A stretch of 64,000 nucleotides of DNA. It comes from Candidatus Bathyarchaeota archaeon. GTDB taxonomy: Archaea > Thermoproteota > Bathyarchaeia > 40CM-2-53-6. Within the stretch, counting starts at the first letter, position 1; every line of letters starts with the position of its first letter. The notes below the pieces were generated by a model. It was given only the letters and a program-made list of their open reading frames with translations. It had not been told where the DNA came from and ran no database searches. The stretch spans positions 91,033 to 155,032 of the forward strand of contig CAVPLU010000009.1 of the NCBI GenBank assembly GCA_963706285.1, given 5' to 3'. Position numbers and translations under genes: made by a program. Below are positions 21,666 to 30,586 of this stretch, piece after piece.

Positions 21666-22751
21666 ATGCGAAAGAGCATCCTCGACGACAGAGTCGCGAC
21701 GACCAAGATTGATCGAGAGAACATGCTCAGGATTCTTGAGAAGACTCCAACCGCCTACGAGGAAGCATACGAATCCGCATTGCGTTCTGTAAATCTCCCG
21801 CAGACATCTTCGACTCCCCCAGCGTATTTGGCATTTGTAGGAATGGGCGGTTCAGCGATAGCGGCCGACATACTGAAAGAATGGTTCTTCGACGCTAGAA
21901 CTTCAATTGAAGTTTTGAGGGGGCCTAAGCTGCCGGGCTCAGTCGGTGCTGGCACATGTGTCCTCGTTGCCAGCTACTCAGGTCAGACCGCCGAGGCGCT
22001 GGAAGCATTGGGCGAGGCTCGCAAGCGTGGCGCTGAGATTTCTTGCATCAGCTCAGGAGGAAAGCTGCTTGAGCTTTGTCGAGAAAACGGAATTCCTCAC
22101 GTGGAAGTCATACCTGGATTGCAGCCCCGTGAGGCATTGCCTCATCTCCTGTGCGCTTCTCTTGTGATACTTGAGAGATGGGCCGTCGGCGACCATCAGG
22201 CAATTGGCGTTGAATTGAGATCTTTGAAGGGGCAACTGGAAGAGCTTAGGAAAAGAGTTGGATTCAAACAGCCTCAGGTTAGGAACCCAGCGAAGCAGTT
22301 GGCCATTGCACTCAACGGAACAATCCCGTTCATCTACACATCCCAACATCTGGCGCCAGCAGGCAGAAGATTCAAGAATCAACTCAACGAGAACTCAAAA
22401 GTACTTGCGAAGTTCGAGATTCTTCCGGAAATGCTCCATAACGAAGTTCAGGGATGGCATATGTTGGAGAACGGATTTGCTGATTCCGTATCATTCGTCT
22501 TGCTCAGAGACCATGAAAATGAAGAAGATGCCGAACAATTCAGAAGACTGAAGCGATTGATCCGCAAGCGGGGAGGCAAGAAGATACACGAAATCCATCT
22601 GAAAGCTCCAACGTCGCCCGCTGCAATCCTCACAACGATCTACTATTGTGACTTTGTTTCATTCTATCTGGCGTTGGCACGCGGTGTAGACCCGACCCCT
22701 GTCAGAACCATTCAATTACTGAAACGTACGAGGCAACTTCTGCGGCCATAG
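21666..22751 (+). CDS. Bifunctional phosphoglucose/phosphomannose isomerase
   Basis: GMGGSAI, SYSG-x-T-x-E, QPR, QLNENSK, PE-x-x-HNE, VDP-x-PV. Confidence 0.9.
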   Translation: MRKSILDDRVATTKIDRENMLRILEKTPTAYEEAYESALRSVNLPQTSSTPPAYLAFVGMGGSAIAADILKEWFFDARTSIEVLRGPKLPGSVGAGTCVLVASYSGQTAEALEALGEARKRGAEISCISSGGKLLELCRENGIPHVEVIPGLQPREALPHLLCASLVILERWAVGDHQAIGVELRSLKGQLEELRKRVGFKQPQVRNPAKQLAIALNGTIPFIYTSQHLAPAGRRFKNQLNENSKVLAKFEILPEMLHNEVQGWHMLENGFADSVSFVLLRDHENEEDAEQFRRLKRLIRKRGGKKIHEIHLKAPTSPAAILTTIYYCDFVSFYLALARGVDPTPVRTIQLLKRTRQLLRP

Positions 22752-22848
22752 GGCTAACCGCCCGTTTCCTACAGTCAGAATGCAAAAGCCTACTAGCCAG
22801 CGGGCCCGATGGGTCTCGATCTAACACTATCACGGGGGAACGAATTGG

Positions 22849-23310
22849 TTGTCGTACGAGGAACATGCAAAAGCAATCGGAATTAAGATCCCGCCTGCCG
22901 CGACTCCCGTTGGAGCATACCTACTCGCGGTTCAGAGCGGTACCTTGCTTTTTACAGCAGGTCAAGGACCTGTGAAAGATGGTGTTCCCGTTTTCAGAGG
23001 CAAAGTCGGCCGTGACATCACGGTTGAGGACGCATATGAAGCTGCGAAACTTTCCGCGTTGAATTGCCTGGCCGCGGCGAAATCACTCTTGGGAACGCTC
23101 GACAGAATCGAACGTGTCGTGAAGGTGAACGGATACGTCAACAGTGCATCGGGGTTCACTGAGCAGGCAAAAGTCATGAACGGCGCTTCCGATATTTTGG
23201 CACAGATCTTCGGAGAGAAGGGACGCCATGCTAGAACATCGGTTGGGGTGAGCGAGCTTCCTCAAAACATAGCCGTGGAAGTCGACCTTGTCCTAGCTTG
23301 CAAGTCCTGA
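22849..23310 (+). CDS. RidA/YjgF family protein
   Basis: AGQGP, NGASD, FGE-x-G-x-HAR-x-x-VGV-x-x-LP. Confidence 0.9.
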   Translation: MSYEEHAKAIGIKIPPAATPVGAYLLAVQSGTLLFTAGQGPVKDGVPVFRGKVGRDITVEDAYEAAKLSALNCLAAAKSLLGTLDRIERVVKVNGYVNSASGFTEQAKVMNGASDILAQIFGEKGRHARTSVGVSELPQNIAVEVDLVLACKS

Positions 23311-23341
23311 TCGCTGGTCCATTCGGTCGAGCTTCAATAAG

Positions 23342-24422
23342 CTATTGAGGAGGCAAGGGCGGCTGCCTTGCGCCACAGTGAGGGCAGAAAACCGCCAGCA
23401 TGACGAGTTGCGCTCCGCAGTTCACACAGTTCTTGATACCCCGCGGAGGTTTGTGAGGATGCCGGAGGTTCCAGAGTTCTGGGAACAGAAACAACTGGGA
23501 CTCCGGAGGGACCTGCAAAAGTCTGTAAGCCGTGTGCCCTGTCTGCATAGATGAAGAACAGCAGTAAGGTAAAGAATGCTGAGAGTAAGGCGGAAATCAT
23601 TGAATAGGCAACATTACTCGCTCTGAGCATCAGCTCTAGTAGACGACCACTATCTGTGTAGATCGCTGGGTTACCTAGTTCCAAGTAGGAGATGCTCGGC
23701 CACATGAAGGACGTAGCCAAAGAGGCTAGCAGCCAAGCGATTCCTGATATGACCATGTAGCCTATTATCGTTGCGAGGTTACTTCGCACGAAAACGAAGC
23801 TTGACTTGATCGATTGCATTATTCCAAGATCATCGACTACTAGAGCTTGCATCCATGGAACAAGGAAGATGTAGAAAACGAGTTCAATCAATGCAACCAC
23901 GAATACAATGCCGAGCAATGTGAAAACGATCGGGGCAAGCAAGCTGAAGATAGTCGCGGCCGTGAGCTCTCCAAGAGCAATCATCTCCCCCAGATTGAGC
24001 GTAAGAATACTCGCCACCGCAACTGCTGTTCCAACAGCCACCGGGAGAACAAAGACTATCGCGACCAGCAAGCGGCCGCCAAGGATCCGGAGGAAGTACT
24101 TCTTGGATCCAATCCACAGATCGGCAAACTCTGTTCGTCCGTCGACGACCGCACGCTTGTTCATGTATGCCCAACCAGCGGTCAGGAACGTGTCGACAAG
24201 GAAGATTCCCATGAGGAGGAACACGCCACCCACGACGATCGGGGTGAGGCTCTCTACATCTGCGGTCAGTCCGAATGCTATCAGTAGCGGAAAGAACGTG
24301 AAGGACGCTATCGTCAAGAAGGCGAGCGGCACAATCACCTGAATCAGGATTGGTGGCAATATCAATATCCAGTTGTTTCTCATTCGCGCTGCACATTTGC
24401 TGATCAACGCTCCGAGATCCAT
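23342..24422 (-). CDS. Multi-pass membrane protein with C-terminal zinc ribbon (indel near 23450)
   Basis: About six TM segments; alternate frame ends KNCVNCG...FCPHCGARQ. Confidence 0.7.
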
Positions 24423-24502
24423 TTGTATCACCGTGACAACCGACTTCGTCAAGCTTCGAGAATGAATTCAGAATTTAAGTGCGACGTTGAGGGATTCAGC
24501 GC

Positions 24503-24952
24503 TCAGGGCCTGAGGTCTCGCACATAGTCGCCTGCGTCATGATCAAAGGGTATCTTGTGGCCCTCACACAATGCAGCGAGATTCTCGACTAGTCCCTTCC
24601 AGTAGAACGTGACAGATTTCTTGTCCTCCTCACTTTCGTACGCGTTGAGGTGATCAAAAACGAGCAGCATGGATTTGCCTGCACTTTTCTCTACGAAGCT
24701 CCAAATGCCGAACCCAGGTACGACATCGCTGTATCGATGCACGATCAAGTGATTTCGCACCAATGCTACAACTTCTGCGCTCGGGTAGTTGTCCCCTACG
24801 AGTTTGCCTCCCACGGCGAATCTTTTGATGTGACATCGTGGATCGTACCAGATCCTCAAAGTCCGCGTCTGCTGGAAACACTTGTACACTCGAGCAACAG
24901 GAGCATTGATTCTCTTTTCGATGTGAATGGTGCCTGCCAATTTGCCCAACAC
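24503..24952 (-). CDS. SRPBCC/AHSA1-like domain protein
   Basis: I-x-AP-x-x-RVY...L-x-x-W...VGG, C-terminal W-x-x-x-x-x-x-L helix. Confidence 0.7.
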   Translation of the reverse strand: MLGKLAGTIHIEKRINAPVARVYKCFQQTRTLRIWYDPRCHIKRFAVGGKLVGDNYPSAEVVALVRNHLIVHRYSDVVPGFGIWSFVEKSAGKSMLLVFDHLNAYESEEDKKSVTFYWKGLVENLAALCEGHKIPFDHDAGDYVRDLRP

Positions 24953-25063
24953 CCAACGATGAATGAACTCATCATGAACTGATTCTTGTTCTTAACAAGT
25001 GCGCATGCGTGTTTCCGAAATCAATGATCGAGAAAAACATTGCAGATGGCTTGTTGTGCTTTC

Positions 25064-25087
25064 GATAACTTATGTCATCTTTAAATA
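25064..25087 (+). promoter_or_regulatory. Palindromic operator GATAACTTATGTCATC abutting TATA box TTTAAATA
   Basis: ATRAC-N4-GTYAT palindrome at 25065-25078 directly upstream of TATA at 25080-25087, ~33 bp before the regulator start. Confidence 0.6.
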
Positions 25088-25120
25088 GACGCCGCCGGGG
25101 TTCCGGGGTCGGTCACCGCG

Positions 25121-25498
25121 TTGTTGCTCCCTGATGAGATTGCCTCAAAGTCTGTCATTCCTGCGATCCGTGCGATGGTTGTTCGCAGACTTGTGGATGA
25201 GCACGGGATGACTCAGCAGCAGGCCGCATGTCTCTTAGGAATCACTCAACCAGCTGTGAGCAAGTACATGCACAACAAACGAGGGATTGCGATAAGGCTG
25301 GATGGCATAGATCGTGTGAACGATGCGGCGAGCAAGATCGCTGCTATGCTCGTATCGGGAAAGGCCGGGCAGGTTCAGATAATGAGTAAACTCAATGACG
25401 TCTCCGTGCAAGTTAGAAAGAGTAGACTAATGTGCGATCTTCACAGACGCCTTGAACCAGGCTTAAACCTAGGTGGATGCCGTATATGCGAAACCTAA
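25121..25498 (+). CDS. COG2522-type HTH transcriptional regulator with C-terminal C-x2-H...C-x2-C motif
   Basis: P-x-E...IPAIR, MTQQQAA-x-LLGITQPAVSKY, MCDLH...CRIC. Confidence 0.85.
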   Translation: MLLPDEIASKSVIPAIRAMVVRRLVDEHGMTQQQAACLLGITQPAVSKYMHNKRGIAIRLDGIDRVNDAASKIAAMLVSGKAGQVQIMSKLNDVSVQVRKSRLMCDLHRRLEPGLNLGGCRICET

Positions 25499-25549
25499 CT
25501 GATCCGTAGCGTTAGAGGATAATCAATGATCTACAGGATGATATGAACG

Positions 25550-26110
25550 ATGGCGGCCGATAACCCTGCAGAAGAACCTCAGACCTCACTTCCGCATCCT
25601 ATCGCGAGTGAGTCTCCAGGTTTCTGGGTTGGGAATCTCAGAGACTTTGTGGAAAAAGCCGTTGGCTGGGGCCCCGTAAAATCCCTGATCAACTGGAGTC
25701 GTATCTACTCACTCTGGCCGGTTCACCTTATGACTGCCTGTTGCGGGGCTGAACTCGGCGCAATGATGAGTGGGAGATACGACCCTGAGAGATTCGGCAT
25801 GCAGGCTGCGACTGGGTCGATGCGCCAGAGTGACCTTTTGATAATAGAGGGAACAGTGACAAAAAAGATGTTGAAGAGGGCTAAGGTGACTTGGGAGCAA
25901 ATGCCCAATCCAAAGTACGCGATTGCGATGGGCGACTGTGCATGCTCCGGTGGCCTCTTCCACGACTCGTATAGCATAATCAACGAGATCGAAAAGGCGA
26001 TTCCAATTGATGTCTTTGTTCCAGGATGCCCTCCTAGGCCTGAAGCGCTTCTAAATGCCGTGATTAAGTTGAGAGAGAAGATCCGACGAGAGGAGGTCTA
26101 CACGAAATGA
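25550..26110 (+). CDS. nuoB: Complex I-like subunit B
   Basis: TACC-x-x-E, RQSDL, MG-x-CA-x-SGG, PGCPPRPE. Confidence 0.93.
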   Translation: MAADNPAEEPQTSLPHPIASESPGFWVGNLRDFVEKAVGWGPVKSLINWSRIYSLWPVHLMTACCGAELGAMMSGRYDPERFGMQAATGSMRQSDLLIIEGTVTKKMLKRAKVTWEQMPNPKYAIAMGDCACSGGLFHDSYSIINEIEKAIPIDVFVPGCPPRPEALLNAVIKLREKIRREEVYTK

Positions 26111-26592
26111 CCGCCGCGCCCTCCACTTCAGAAGATCACATCGCGAGTGCCATCAAGGAACACCTAGGTACTGCAGTAGAAAATGTGGCAGTCATCCGCA
26201 AGAGCCGTATATCAGTCGTAGCCCGCGCGGAAGCAGTCAGAGAAGTTGCGACATGGCTGCAAACCTTCGGATTCGACCATACGCTCGCAGTTTCTGGAGT
26301 TGATTACCCACCGGAGAATCGCATCGACGTTGTGTATTTCGTCTCATCTTACTCGCATGACGATCTCAAGGGTATAGTAGTATTGCTTACAGTCCACCTC
26401 GGGCGAGAGAATCCTGTACTTCCATCGTTGACCCCAATCTGGGAGAGTGCTAACTTTTTCGAGCGCGAGACCTACGAAATGTTCGGAGTAAATTTTGAAG
26501 GCCACCCAAATCTGAAGAAGCTGTTGCTTCAGGATAACTGGGATGGGCCGCCTCCATTGAGAAAAGATCTGAAAATCCCGGAGATGGCATAG
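26107..26592 (+). CDS. nuoC: Complex I-like subunit C
   Basis: ERETYEMFGV-x-FEGHP, PPLRKD. Confidence 0.93.
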   Translation: MTAAPSTSEDHIASAIKEHLGTAVENVAVIRKSRISVVARAEAVREVATWLQTFGFDHTLAVSGVDYPPENRIDVVYFVSSYSHDDLKGIVVLLTVHLGRENPVLPSLTPIWESANFFERETYEMFGVNFEGHPNLKKLLLQDNWDGPPPLRKDLKIPEMA

Positions 26593-26593
26593 G

Positions 26594-27676
26594 TTGTCAA
26601 CACTCGATCTGAATGTTGGGCCCCAGCATCCAGGGTCTGGCCACATGCGAATCATGGTCAAAACAGATGGCGACTTCATAGTTGAAGCAATCCCCGATAT
26701 CGGCTACGTTCACCGGGGATGCGAAAAGATAGCAGAGTCAAGGAATATCATAAAGAATATCCCTATGCTTGAGCGCCCCAACATTGCAGACTCATCAAAC
26801 CTAAACTGGTCCTATATCCAACCAATCGAAGAACTCCAGAGGACCGAAGTCCCAGAACGTGCTAACTACATTCGCACAATACTCTGCGAGATCAACAGAA
26901 TAGCAAGTCACCTTTATGGAATGGCCATAATGGCAGGGATATTTTCTGGGCATACTACGATGTACATGTTTGGTTTTGGAGACCGGGAACTACTCTTGGA
27001 CCTAGCTGAGATGCTCACAGGAGCTAGAATGACATACTCCTTCTTCGTGCCCGGAGGCGTTCGAAGAGACCTTCCAAGGGGCTTCAAGGAGCGGCTTCTA
27101 GAGACTCTCGACTATGTGGAACGTCGGCTCCCCGTGATTGACCGGATATTCGTGAGCAACCCTCTCTTCATCGAACGTGCTAAGGGCATAGGAGTCCTCA
27201 ACAGGGAAGACGCGATCAGACTTGGTGTCGTCGGCCCGGTCGTGAGGGGATCCGGTGTTCGGTGCGACGCGAGAAAAGACGCGCCCTATGGAGCCTACGA
27301 CAAGGTAGATTTCGACATACCCAACTTCAAGGAGGGGGACAGCCTCTCGCGTTGGTTGGTCAGATTCGAGGAGATAAGACAAAGCATCTCGATCTTGCGG
27401 CAAGCGATTCGAGATATTCCGAAGGGAGCGATCTCTAAGAAGAGCCCCATGGTGGTTCCTCGTGGAGAAGCCATCGGCAGGGTCGAATCTTCCCGCGGAG
27501 AGACAAACCACTACATCGTCGGAGATGGAGGCGATCGACCATACCGAGTCAAGATGAACACAGGTTCATTCAAGAACCTGCCGGCGCTTCCGTTCCTATT
27601 GAAAGGCGTTCGCATCGGTGACATGCCGATAGTCTACGGCAGCTTGGACTACTGGCCCGTGGAAGCAGACCGGTAG
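26594..27676 (+). CDS. nuoD: Complex I-like subunit D (no Ni-binding CxxC motifs)
   Basis: GPQHPG, GYVHRG-x-EK, TGARM, GGV-x-x-D, E-x-x-RGE, C-terminal WPVEADR. Confidence 0.93.
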   Translation: MSTLDLNVGPQHPGSGHMRIMVKTDGDFIVEAIPDIGYVHRGCEKIAESRNIIKNIPMLERPNIADSSNLNWSYIQPIEELQRTEVPERANYIRTILCEINRIASHLYGMAIMAGIFSGHTTMYMFGFGDRELLLDLAEMLTGARMTYSFFVPGGVRRDLPRGFKERLLETLDYVERRLPVIDRIFVSNPLFIERAKGIGVLNREDAIRLGVVGPVVRGSGVRCDARKDAPYGAYDKVDFDIPNFKEGDSLSRWLVRFEEIRQSISILRQAIRDIPKGAISKKSPMVVPRGEAIGRVESSRGETNHYIVGDGGDRPYRVKMNTGSFKNLPALPFLLKGVRIGDMPIVYGSLDYWPVEADR

Positions 27677-27679
27677 GAG

Positions 27680-28153
27680 ATGAGAGCAATGTCAGCAGCT
27701 GAAGCATTCCTGGAGGCTGTGAAGCATATGTTCAAGAAGACTTTCACACTGAAGCATCCTTACCAAAGACATGAATTCCCCGACGGGTATCGCGGGAGGC
27801 ACCTGCTCTACATGGACCGATGTACTGGATGCGGAATATGCTCATGGATTTGCCCGGAGAAATGCATCACGATGGTTTCCACAACTGACCAGAAAACGTA
27901 TACGCAGAACCCGTACAAGCGATTCCCTCAGTTCTGGTACATCCGTTGTTGCTTCTGCCATTTCTGCACCGACTATTGCCCCACTGGAGCTCTTGACTAC
28001 ACGAGCGACTATGATCTTGCCGAATACGAGAAGGAACTAATCATCTGGAGCCCTGAAAGGCTATCCAGAGTTCCCGAAGCATACGAAGGATACCGCACGA
28101 AGTTACACGGCTCAGCTGGCGTTGACCATGTGCTCTCCGCGGAAGAGTCGTGA
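27680..28153 (+). CDS. nuoI: Complex I-like subunit I (2x[4Fe-4S])
   Basis: YRGRH, CTGCGICSWICP and CCFCHFCTDYCP. Confidence 0.92.
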   Translation: MRAMSAAEAFLEAVKHMFKKTFTLKHPYQRHEFPDGYRGRHLLYMDRCTGCGICSWICPEKCITMVSTTDQKTYTQNPYKRFPQFWYIRCCFCHFCTDYCPTGALDYTSDYDLAEYEKELIIWSPERLSRVPEAYEGYRTKLHGSAGVDHVLSAEES

Positions 28154-28354
28154 GACATGGAATGAGCCAGATACAAGACACCATCATTCGAAATATAGAC
28201 CGGCGTAGGAAATCTCGTAGACGAACTCGCGGGCCCTATCGAAAGTCATCCAGGGCCGGGCTGCCCGTCTCCAGTTCATAACGTGTCCGTGCTGGAGCCA
28301 AACGAAATGAGAAAGCATGACCGGATCTATGAAGGGTTGGCGAAAAGCCAAAGT

Positions 28355-28368
28355 ATGACGTATGTTAT
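28355..28368. promoter_or_regulatory. Second ATRAC-N4-GTYAT palindrome, upstream of sufS
   Basis: ATGACGTATGTTAT, ~50 bp before the sufS ATG; same consensus as the 25065 site. Confidence 0.5.
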
Positions 28369-28416
28369 GTTCGCCAAGAAACCCCCAGATAAGTCAACTG
28401 ATCAGGGGAGAAAATA

Positions 28417-29646
28417 ATGGGGCTGAATGTGACCAAGCTACGTGCAGATTTTCCCATTCTGAAGAGAAAGATAGGTGGGAAACCCCTCGTCTATTTGGAC
28501 AGTGCTGCGACCTCACAGAAGCCGAAAGCAGTAATCAACGCAATAAGCCGATATTATCGCGTATACAACGCAAATGTTCACAGAGGCATCTACCGACTCA
28601 GCGAAGAAGCAACCATTGCGTTCGAGCAATCGAGGGAGAAGTACACTCGCTTCATCGGTGCAAAGACTCCGAAGGAGATTATCTTTGTTCGAAATACAAC
28701 AGAAGCCATAAACTTGGTAGCGTTCAGCTGGGCAAGAGCGAATCTCAAGACCGGAGATCATATTCTTCTCACCGAGACTGAGCACCACAGCAACATAGTT
28801 CCATGGCAGATACTGGCAAGAGAAAAAGGACTCAGGCTCGACTATGTCAAGATGCAGGACGACGGAATACTTGACTGGAAGAGCTTCCAAGAACTGATCA
28901 GACAAAGTCCAAGGATCCTGAGTCTTGCTCACGTCTCAAACGCATTAGGAACAATCAATCCGATCAAACAGATGGCCCGAGAAGCGCACAAAGCAGGCGC
29001 GATCGTCATCATCGACGGAGCGCAGTCCGTTCCACATATGCCTGTAGACGTTACTGATCTTGATTGCGATTTCATGGCGGCATCAGGCCACAAGATGTTG
29101 GCGCCCACCGGAATAGGGATGCTCTATGGAAGACAAGATCTTCTGGAACACATGGAGCCGCTGATGGGTGGCGGAGAAATGATCAAGGAAGTCCATCTCC
29201 AAACCTCTCGATGGAACGACCTCCCTTGGAAGTTCGAGGCGGGAACTCCGAATGTTGAAGGAGTTATCGGACTTGGGGCAGCAGTTGACTACCTTTCGAA
29301 GTTGGGAATGGAGAACGTTAGACAACATGAGAAGGATATCACAAGATATGCGCTTGACAGGCTTGGACGCGTCAAAGGCTTAGTTCTGTATGGCTCTGGG
29401 GATGTGGAGAAGCGCGGGGCTGCAATCTCGTTCAACTTGGATGGCATACATGCCCATGACCTAGCCACGGTGCTGGACACTCAGGGGATAGCGATAAGGT
29501 CCGGACACCATTGTGCTCAGCCACTAATGGAACGATTGGGCGTGTCAGCGACGTCTCGCGCTAGTTTCTACATCTACAACACGCAACGGGAAGTTGACTT
29601 TCTCATCAGGGCACTTGAAAGAGCGGGGAAGATGTTCAAGATATGA
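28417..29646 (+). CDS. sufS: Cysteine desulfurase, group II
   Basis: YLDSAATSQKP, SGHKM (PLP Lys), FEAGTP, RSGHHCAQP. Confidence 0.95.
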   Translation: MGLNVTKLRADFPILKRKIGGKPLVYLDSAATSQKPKAVINAISRYYRVYNANVHRGIYRLSEEATIAFEQSREKYTRFIGAKTPKEIIFVRNTTEAINLVAFSWARANLKTGDHILLTETEHHSNIVPWQILAREKGLRLDYVKMQDDGILDWKSFQELIRQSPRILSLAHVSNALGTINPIKQMAREAHKAGAIVIIDGAQSVPHMPVDVTDLDCDFMAASGHKMLAPTGIGMLYGRQDLLEHMEPLMGGGEMIKEVHLQTSRWNDLPWKFEAGTPNVEGVIGLGAAVDYLSKLGMENVRQHEKDITRYALDRLGRVKGLVLYGSGDVEKRGAAISFNLDGIHAHDLATVLDTQGIAIRSGHHCAQPLMERLGVSATSRASFYIYNTQREVDFLIRALERAGKMFKI

Positions 29647-30044
29647 CGCCAGATATCTACAGAGAAACGATCTTGGACCATTACAGGCATCCTAGAAACT
29701 ACGGAGACCTGCCAAATGCAAACGCCCATGCGAGAGACTCGAACGTTTTGTGCGGCGACGTAGTCGAGATGCAGTTGAGAATTAACGCAAACAAGATTGA
29801 AGAGGCGCGTTTCAGAGGGGAAGGATGCGCAATAAGCATAGCAACGGCTTCGATGCTCACGGAATTCTCCAAAGGCAAGTCAATCTCAGAGATCAAGGGC
29901 CTCGGAAACAAGGAACTCGTTAAGCTCCTCGGGACTGACCCTGGACCGGCGAGGATTGAATGTGCGATACTGGGCTTGGAAGTCATGAAAGCGGCGATTG
30001 ACAAGCGGCAAAATGTCAAGACTTCCGAGGAAATCGACCGCTAG
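29643..30044 (+). CDS. sufU: SufU/IscU-type scaffold or sulfurtransferase
   Basis: ILDHY-x-x-PRN, N-x-x-CGD, GCAIS, R-x-x-CA. Confidence 0.9.
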   Translation: MTPDIYRETILDHYRHPRNYGDLPNANAHARDSNVLCGDVVEMQLRINANKIEEARFRGEGCAISIATASMLTEFSKGKSISEIKGLGNKELVKLLGTDPGPARIECAILGLEVMKAAIDKRQNVKTSEEIDR

Positions 30045-30295
30045 TCATTCTAATCACGGTTAAGCAGCAGGGAAATGTTGAATTAGAAGTAATCTATTTT
30101 AGCGCAATATCCTGAAGGTAGGTGCCCGGCCGCTCCCCTTGGTACGTCCGTATTCGAGTAATGTAGGGTTAGAACGAAAGGTTTTCCTTACGTTTACCCT
30201 TATTAGGGCGTCCTCCTGTGCTGAGGAGGAGTTGCGTTAGGGGTCCGAATCTTCAGGGCCTATTGAGCATTTGGATATCGGAGAGAGACGATCAT

Positions 30296-30586
30296 TTGAA
30301 GGATGAGGAGAATAGAAAAGCTATTGACGTTTTCGAAAATCAGCTTGTTCCTAAGCATGAGATTGTGCCCAGGCGTGAGGCTGAGGAGCTGCTCGAACGT
30401 CTGCACATCAAGGCGCATCAACTGCCTTACCTAAGAGCTGATGATCCAGCCGCGCGACAGATAGGTGCCAAGCCGTGGGATGTAGTGAAGGTCACGCGTA
30501 AGAGTCCCACAGCCGGAGCGGTTGTAGTGTACAGGTACGTTATTGAGAGTTCAGCTGGAGGGGGAAAACCTGATCAGTCAAGTTGA
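30296..30586 (+). CDS. rpoH: RNA polymerase subunit H (Rpo5)
   Basis: LVPKHEI, QLP-x-x-x-x-x-DP, RKSPTAG-x-x-x-x-YR-x-V. Confidence 0.95.
   Translation: MKDEENRKAIDVFENQLVPKHEIVPRREAEELLERLHIKAHQLPYLRADDPAARQIGAKPWDVVKVTRKSPTAGAVVVYRYVIESSAGGGKPDQSS

Noticed and set aside
26594-27676. NuoD as a [NiFe]-hydrogenase large subunit
   Set aside because: Both Ni-binding CxxC motifs are absent
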